Positions 27,447 to 32,000 of a stretch of DNA of 32,000 nt are shown here, piece by piece. The DNA lies in the NCBI GenBank assembly GCA_048882505.1, contig JBHLRO010000003.1, forward strand, positions 210,001-242,000, read 5' to 3'. Both the position numbers and the translations under genes were made by a program. The DNA is from Candidatus Thorarchaeota archaeon. GTDB taxonomy: Archaea; Asgardarchaeota; Heimdallarchaeia; Hodarchaeales; Hodarchaeaceae. Under the pieces are notes generated by a model. The model worked only from the letters and a program-made list of their open reading frames with translations. It was not told the origin of the DNA and searched no databases. Within the stretch, counting starts at the first letter, position 1; the number at the start of each line of letters is the position of its first letter.

Positions 27447-28499
27447 ATGAGTAAATCTGAAGCGGTAACAGAAAAAATGTCAGTTCTAGATAAGTTCCTT
27501 CCGTTGTTTATTATTGCAGCTATGATTTTCGGGTTATTCATGAATCGATTAGTTCCCAATATTCAGGATATTTTTAATCAAGTACAAATTGATACTGTCT
27601 CTCTTCCCATCGCAGTTGGTCTGCTATGGATGATGTATCCAATACTAGCTAAGGTACAATATGAGAAGATTCCAAAGGTACTTCAGGAATATAAGCTCTT
27701 TGGCACATCTCTTGCTCAAAACTGGATAATTGGCCCAATCCTCATGACATTACTTGCTTGGATATTTTTAGTGGACTATCCAGGTTATCGAGAGGGGATA
27801 ATCTTGGTTGGTTTAGCTCGATGCATCGCCATGGTTCTCATATGGAATATGCTAGCAGGAGGAGATGCGGAAAAATGTGCTATCCTAGTAGCTCTTAATA
27901 GTGTTTTCCAAATATTCTTTTACGCCATCTATGCTTGGATTTTCATTGATATTACGACAATCGACATACTAGATATTGCACGCAGTGTCTTTATTTTCTT
28001 AGGGATTCCCTTAATTGCTGGATTTTTAACAAGGGAACTTCTCCGTCGTCGAAGGGGTAACGATTGGTATACCACAGTTTTTATTCCGAAACTTGGCCCG
28101 ACTGCTATAATTGGATTGTTGTTCACGGTGGTAGCCATGTTTTCCATGCAAGGGGAAAAAATCCTAGGACAACCTTTGGATATCTTACTTATTTCAGTTC
28201 CTCTCTTCCTCTACTTCATTGGGATGTTCTTAACAAGCTTTCTCCTTTCTGTTCTCCTAAAATTCAACTATCCTGAAACTGTCACTCTTGCATTTACCGC
28301 AGCATCAAATAATTTTGAACTGGCTATTGCAGTTGCCATTGCCACTTTTGGCATTAATTCGGATCAGGCGTTGGCTACCGTAGTGGGACCTCTGATCGAA
28401 GTGCCAGTTTTATTATTATTGGTGTATCTAGCGCTTTGGCTTAAGCGATTTGCATTCAGAAGCGAGATCGTGGCCTTGGATCCAAGTAGTGTTTCGTGA
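27447..28499 (+). CDS. acr3: Acr3-family arsenite efflux transporter
   Basis: GLLWMMYPILAKV, QNWIIGP, GLARCIAMV, ASNNFELAIAVA, GPLIEVP. ATG 27447 preferred over TTG 27432. Confidence 0.95.
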   Translation: MSKSEAVTEKMSVLDKFLPLFIIAAMIFGLFMNRLVPNIQDIFNQVQIDTVSLPIAVGLLWMMYPILAKVQYEKIPKVLQEYKLFGTSLAQNWIIGPILMTLLAWIFLVDYPGYREGIILVGLARCIAMVLIWNMLAGGDAEKCAILVALNSVFQIFFYAIYAWIFIDITTIDILDIARSVFIFLGIPLIAGFLTRELLRRRRGNDWYTTVFIPKLGPTAIIGLLFTVVAMFSMQGEKILGQPLDILLISVPLFLYFIGMFLTSFLLSVLLKFNYPETVTLAFTAASNNFELAIAVAIATFGINSDQALATVVGPLIEVPVLLLLVYLALWLKRFAFRSEIVALDPSSVS

Positions 28500-28587
28500 A
28501 GATCCAAGGTGACGTACAATATTTCAGGAACTAAAGATCAACGAATTTGAGAATGCTCGATCAGTTTTCAAAGAATTTGATTTTCAA

Positions 28588-29634
28588 GTGGTTGTCAGAG
28601 CAGTAATAGAGGGCTCATCCCCAGGTAAGATTTGGGTGGATGACCCCCTCGACCCTCAGTGTGGATTCATGGCAACGAGAGAGGGTTGGTTTCTCGCTGG
28701 AGATCCCAGTGTTAAAAAATTCAATCAGGGCCTTAGAAATTTAGTTCACGACATGATCATAAAGCAAGATTTCTATTCTCCTATTGATCCCAAGTTTATC
28801 AGCTATCTATTCTTTCATATCGATATTGATTCATGGAAATCGAAATTTCCCGAAATATTCGATATACGGTTTCCGCCCCTCCCTACTCATAGAGTTCATC
28901 TTGTGTGCAACGAGGTTAGTCTGGACTGGAAAAACAATATCCCAGAAGGCTTTAGATTACTTCATATTGACTCGACCCTCGATATTGAGTCTCTAGATAT
29001 TCCTAAGGACATCGAAGATTGGATGGAGTATAGATTAGATTATGAAATCACGCTCGGGTTTGGAATGTGCTTAGTTCATGAAAACAAAATCGTTGTATGG
29101 GTGAATGCTGATTGTACTAGTGGAAAAGAATGTGAGCTTGGTATATTCACAACGAGAGACTATAGATTAAAGGGTTTGGGAGCACTGACGGCCGCGGCCA
29201 CCGTTGAACATTGCTTTTCCCTTGGTTATTCCGCGGTTGGCTGGCATTGTGAAGATCACAATTACGGATCACTCGGAGTTGCCCACAAGGTGGGTTTCAT
29301 CAAAGAACGGGACTATGTTCATTACATTTGCATGTTCAGTGAAGCTGAGCATGTTGCGGAGAAGGCCATGCGCCATTTCTATGCTCAGGAGTACGGAGAG
29401 GCAATTGCGGATTTTGAACGTGCATTTCGAATAGGAGAAGTCCCTACCTGGTCATATATCCTTGCTGCACGAGCTTATGCCACGAACAAAGAGGTAGGAA
29501 CAGTAATAAAGTATCTCAATAAAGCCATTGATGTGGGTTGGGAAAATTGGAATCATGTGATCAACAGTGATGAATTGGCATTAATTCAAGATAATGAGGA
29601 CTTTAAAGACTTTATTCGATTATTAAACAAATGA
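28588..29634 (+). CDS. GNAT acetyltransferase with a C-terminal TPR-like helical domain
   Basis: ELGIFTTRDYRLKGLG..WHCEDHNYGSLGVAHKVGF GNAT core, then TPR-like helices (QEYGEAIADFERA..YILAARAYA..KYLNKAIDVGW). Confidence 0.85.
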   Translation: MVVRAVIEGSSPGKIWVDDPLDPQCGFMATREGWFLAGDPSVKKFNQGLRNLVHDMIIKQDFYSPIDPKFISYLFFHIDIDSWKSKFPEIFDIRFPPLPTHRVHLVCNEVSLDWKNNIPEGFRLLHIDSTLDIESLDIPKDIEDWMEYRLDYEITLGFGMCLVHENKIVVWVNADCTSGKECELGIFTTRDYRLKGLGALTAAATVEHCFSLGYSAVGWHCEDHNYGSLGVAHKVGFIKERDYVHYICMFSEAEHVAEKAMRHFYAQEYGEAIADFERAFRIGEVPTWSYILAARAYATNKEVGTVIKYLNKAIDVGWENWNHVINSDELALIQDNEDFKDFIRLLNK

Positions 29635-29845
29635 GCTGTTTTTTCCTATAATCGTCTGCGATTTTTTCTGGTTGTCGCCAATATTTCCTCCTTATCAGGT
29701 GGCCTATTAGAATGGTGAGAGGTGCAGGAATTGGAAATTTGTGAAAATATCTGATGAGACGGACTATAGTATGAAAGGAGATTGCTAGGAAAATAAGCGG
29801 AATGAAACCAACTAGCAAATTAATGATTAGGTCTTTTGCTATCAC
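29612..29845 (-). CDS. Small membrane protein
   Basis: 77 aa, hydrophobic N-half with a basic C-terminus; GTG start; 23-nt convergent overlap. Confidence 0.5.
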   Translation of the reverse strand: MIAKDLIINLLVGFIPLIFLAISFHTIVRLIRYFHKFPIPAPLTILIGHLIRRKYWRQPEKIADDYRKKQLICLIIE

Positions 29846-30161
29846 AACTAGGTTAGTCTCAGAACGGGATTAATAGAATATGACCTTCTTTCGTGATTGA
29901 GATGAAACCAAAAAGGCTCTTGTTTATTCTTTACAAAAGGCAGACATAGCTTAGAAAAAGCCATTGCACTAGAAAACAATGAATTACAATGATGGTGTCC
30001 TAATTTCAAGAGTTTTAATTCTATCAATTTAGTATTCCATCCTTCACATATTTTATTAACATATCGAAACTGCAATGATATTACTCTGTGAATAAAAAAA
30101 GGAAATCAAATTTCACGAGGTAAAAGGGTTGGAAAATTCTATTTGAGATAGTCTATTCAAA

Positions 30162-30176
30162 CGAAAAGTATAAATA
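30162..30176 (+). promoter_or_regulatory. Archaeal BRE + TATA box of the Hsp20 gene
   Basis: CGAAAAG (BRE-like) directly followed by TATAAATA, about 70 nt upstream of the ATG, with a GGAGTGA RBS just before the start. Confidence 0.65.
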
Positions 30177-30247
30177 CATTGACATATCTGTTTCAAATAG
30201 GGAATTATTCCCAAGCAACAAGATGAAATATGAAAGGAGTGATTTAA

Positions 30248-30709
30248 ATGAGTTTAATAAGAAGAGATCGAAGATGGGGATTAGATCCATTCCAAGAAGT
30301 ATCTCGTCTTGAGGATGAAATGCGAAATTTATTTGCTAATGTCTTTGGTGACCGAGATCTTGCTCTTAGGGATCGAATTTTTGCCCCATTGGTAGACGTG
30401 CGCGAACTAGATGACAAATTTATTGTCGAAGCCGACATCCCTGGGTTTAAAAAGGAAGATATCACCATAGATGTAACACCTGAATCGATTGAAATATCAG
30501 CAGAGCATAACATGGAGGAAAAGGAAGAAAAGACGGAAAAAGACGGAAAATACCTTCGTCGGGAACGCGTGGCCTTTAGGTTTCATCGGTCTATTTCTCT
30601 GCCTACCTCAATCGATACAGAAAAAATCGAAACCGTATTCAAAGATGGGACACTACACCTGGATCTTCCCAAAATGCCAGGGACAGGTAGAAAACGACTA
30701 ACTCTGTAA
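30248..30709 (+). CDS. hsp20: Small heat-shock protein Hsp20 (alpha-crystallin domain)
   Basis: PLVDVRE..ADIPGFKKEDI..RER..FHRSISLP..FKDGTLHLDLPK, and a terminal LxL (IxI-like) motif. Confidence 0.95.
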   Translation: MSLIRRDRRWGLDPFQEVSRLEDEMRNLFANVFGDRDLALRDRIFAPLVDVRELDDKFIVEADIPGFKKEDITIDVTPESIEISAEHNMEEKEEKTEKDGKYLRRERVAFRFHRSISLPTSIDTEKIETVFKDGTLHLDLPKMPGTGRKRLTL

Positions 30710-30720
30710 GATCTGTTCCA

Positions 30721-30740
30721 TTTTCCCTTTTTCTTTTTTT
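30721..30740 (+). terminator. Oligo-T terminator after Hsp20
   Basis: TTTTCCCTTTTTCTTTTTTT begins 11 nt after the stop. Confidence 0.55.
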
Positions 30741-30821
30741 CTGCCAGAAAAGCCGCATCTTTCGTGGTTGCTCTGCTGTAAGTTTAGAGCTACATAACAA
30801 AAGACTCAAGGAAGTATGAAC

Positions 30822-30980
30822 ATGTCAGTTGAAACTACCCCCTCGATATTTTGCTCCTGTGGGGGATTTTGGCTGGTTAAAAGCGATGATGATGAAACCA
30901 GGATCCTAGTATGCCCCATGTGTGGAAAACATCAGCCGCTACCTGATAACACGTCCATGTTTCAACTCAAACTAAAGTAA
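30822..30980 (+). CDS. 52-aa zinc-ribbon miniprotein
   Basis: Below the ORF-track cut-off; hand translation MSVETTPSIFCSCGGFWLVKSDDDETRILVCPMCGKHQPLPDNTSMFQLKLK* has CxC and CxxC knuckles. Alternative in-frame ATG at 30816. Confidence 0.7.
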   Translation: MSVETTPSIFCSCGGFWLVKSDDDETRILVCPMCGKHQPLPDNTSMFQLKLK

Positions 30981-31272
30981 GGGACATAGGAACATCCATC
31001 GTCCATGATGTAAACATAAAAGAAACTGTTAATGCGTGATTTAGGTTGGTTTCGTGGTCAAGATCCAACGTATTGAGGGCGCTTCCTGCGGTGATCTAGG
31101 TGACCCAAATGGAAAATTCTTTGGAACCTTATTATTGAACCTTAGGGTTGTCTCCAGTTTTTTCTTTTCACCTAAAATTGGAAGATAATCATATCCTCTT
31201 CCTTAAAGATCCTAGTGATCAAACTTCCTTTCGGACTGATTGATTCCCCCTGTCCTTCTTAGGAGATTAACC

Positions 31273-32000
31273 TTGGTCAAAGGTATAGAAAAGATCCGTG
31301 AAAAGCTACCTGGATATCCAGGTATCAAAATTGTCAAACTTGTTGTACTTGCCCCTATTATGACTACTGTTGGCTTGGTGGGACAGCTCTTTATAGATAT
31401 TACACCCCGTTTGTTTCCTGGCATACCGATTCTGGCACAAATCGAACCAATTCTCCCCATATTTGGGAGTATTGCTGTTGCGGCCATTGGATTGACACTG
31501 CTAACGAGTCTTTGGCGTAAAAAAGGTTTTATGCAAGAGCTACATGGTGATCTTGCCTACCAAAGCATACTACCTAGAGGTATTGCCGGGGTTTATCTAA
31601 TGGTTTCAATTGTGCTTCACGCATTCTTCTCAATAAGATCCCTCCCTCCAGGCCCCCCTGTAAATGAATTGACAATTACGTTCTCCAAATCCGCTCTAAA
31701 TCATTTAGGGATCCCAACCGAGATTGATCTCGCTATCAGAATCACTATTAGCATTATCCTAGGGATTCTCGGTCTCTTAGCAATGGCCAGAGCTCTTCAC
31801 GTATTGGGGCTAGACCACGGACTCTTAGTTTATGTGTATTTTCCAGAAGAGGCTGAATTTAAAGAACATGCCATTTATTCAGTCATTCGACATCCTATCT
31901 ACTTTGGTGCATTACTAATAGGGGCCGCTGCATTTATATTCCGATTATCTTTATATTCGTTTCTTTTTTTCGGTTTGGTTTACATCTGCCTTAGAATTCA
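31273..32000 (+). CDS. Partial ICMT/PEMT-family membrane methyltransferase (runs off the right edge)
   Basis: Not in the track; translated by hand. TTG start at 31273 after AGGAG (31261-31265): (M)VKGIEKIREKLPGYPG...GLDHGLLVYVYFPEEAEFKEHAIYSVIRHPIYFG..., open to the end. IRHPxY is the family motif. Confidence 0.85.
   Translation, partial: MVKGIEKIREKLPGYPGIKIVKLVVLAPIMTTVGLVGQLFIDITPRLFPGIPILAQIEPILPIFGSIAVAAIGLTLLTSLWRKKGFMQELHGDLAYQSILPRGIAGVYLMVSIVLHAFFSIRSLPPGPPVNELTITFSKSALNHLGIPTEIDLAIRITISIILGILGLLAMARALHVLGLDHGLLVYVYFPEEAEFKEHAIYSVIRHPIYFGALLIGAAAFIFRLSLYSFLFFGLVYICLRI

Noticed and set aside
29848-30075. Track ORF 75 aa (-) upstream of the small membrane gene
   Set aside because: TTG start, no recognisable motif or hydrophobic pattern, and AT-rich intergenic context; probably spurious.
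7319-32000. An apparent eukaryote-like prenylation set: Rab-like GTPase, prenyltransferase-like barrel (25958..26950) and two ICMT-family genes (21674, 31273)
   Set aside because: The genes are scattered over about 25 kb in unrelated transcription units. The GTPase has no C-terminal CC/CxC/CaaX. ICMT/PEMT-like and QW-repeat barrel proteins are widespread in prokaryotes with other roles.
1-32000. tRNA/rRNA genes, IS elements, integrase/att sites
   Set aside because: No T-loop (GTTCRANYC) in a cloverleaf context, no transposase or integrase ORF, and no terminal inverted repeats or att duplications were seen by eye.

Overview
This is an accessory, gene-dense archaeal window, most likely from an Asgard archaeon and probably Heimdallarchaeia/Hodarchaeales-like. 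That placement is inferred from a stand-alone Rab-like small GTPase, a TxGF-type C-terminal sorting signal on a surface beta-propeller, BRE/TATA promoters and oligo-T terminators. I found no rRNA, tRNA, CRISPR array, integrase or transposase. Contents in order: (i) a partial DUF1624/HGSNAT-like membrane gene and a HAD hydrolase; (ii) a metal-homeostasis cluster with an unlisted 59-aa Cys/His protein, an FTR1 iron permease, a P1B-2 Zn/Cd ATPase, and an SmtB/CadC-type ArsR repressor with its operator; (iii) a methyltransferase, a membrane protein and the Rab-like GTPase; (iv) a block of small orphan genes bounded by two ribbon-helix-helix genes, including a protein that reads by eye as a PC4/Sub1-like ssDNA-binding domain plus a winged helix; (v) an SBBP beta-propeller surface protein and a tandem GNAT; (vi) a gapless 1,019-bp direct duplication (SDR gene plus pirin 3' end) flanking a dienelactone hydrolase; (vii) an ABC-2 exporter, an ICMT-family protein, a thioredoxin-like protein, a GNAT fused to an SSB-type OB fold, a prenyltransferase-like barrel, Acr3, a GNAT-TPR, Hsp20, an unlisted 52-aa Zn-ribbon and a second partial ICMT/PEMT gene. 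The most interesting candidates are the PC4-like/winged-helix protein and its RHH neighbourhood, the GNAT-OB fusion, the mosaic SDR/pirin duplication, and the tandem desulforedoxin-like miniprotein upstream of FTR1. All family calls come from motifs read by eye; no database searches were run.
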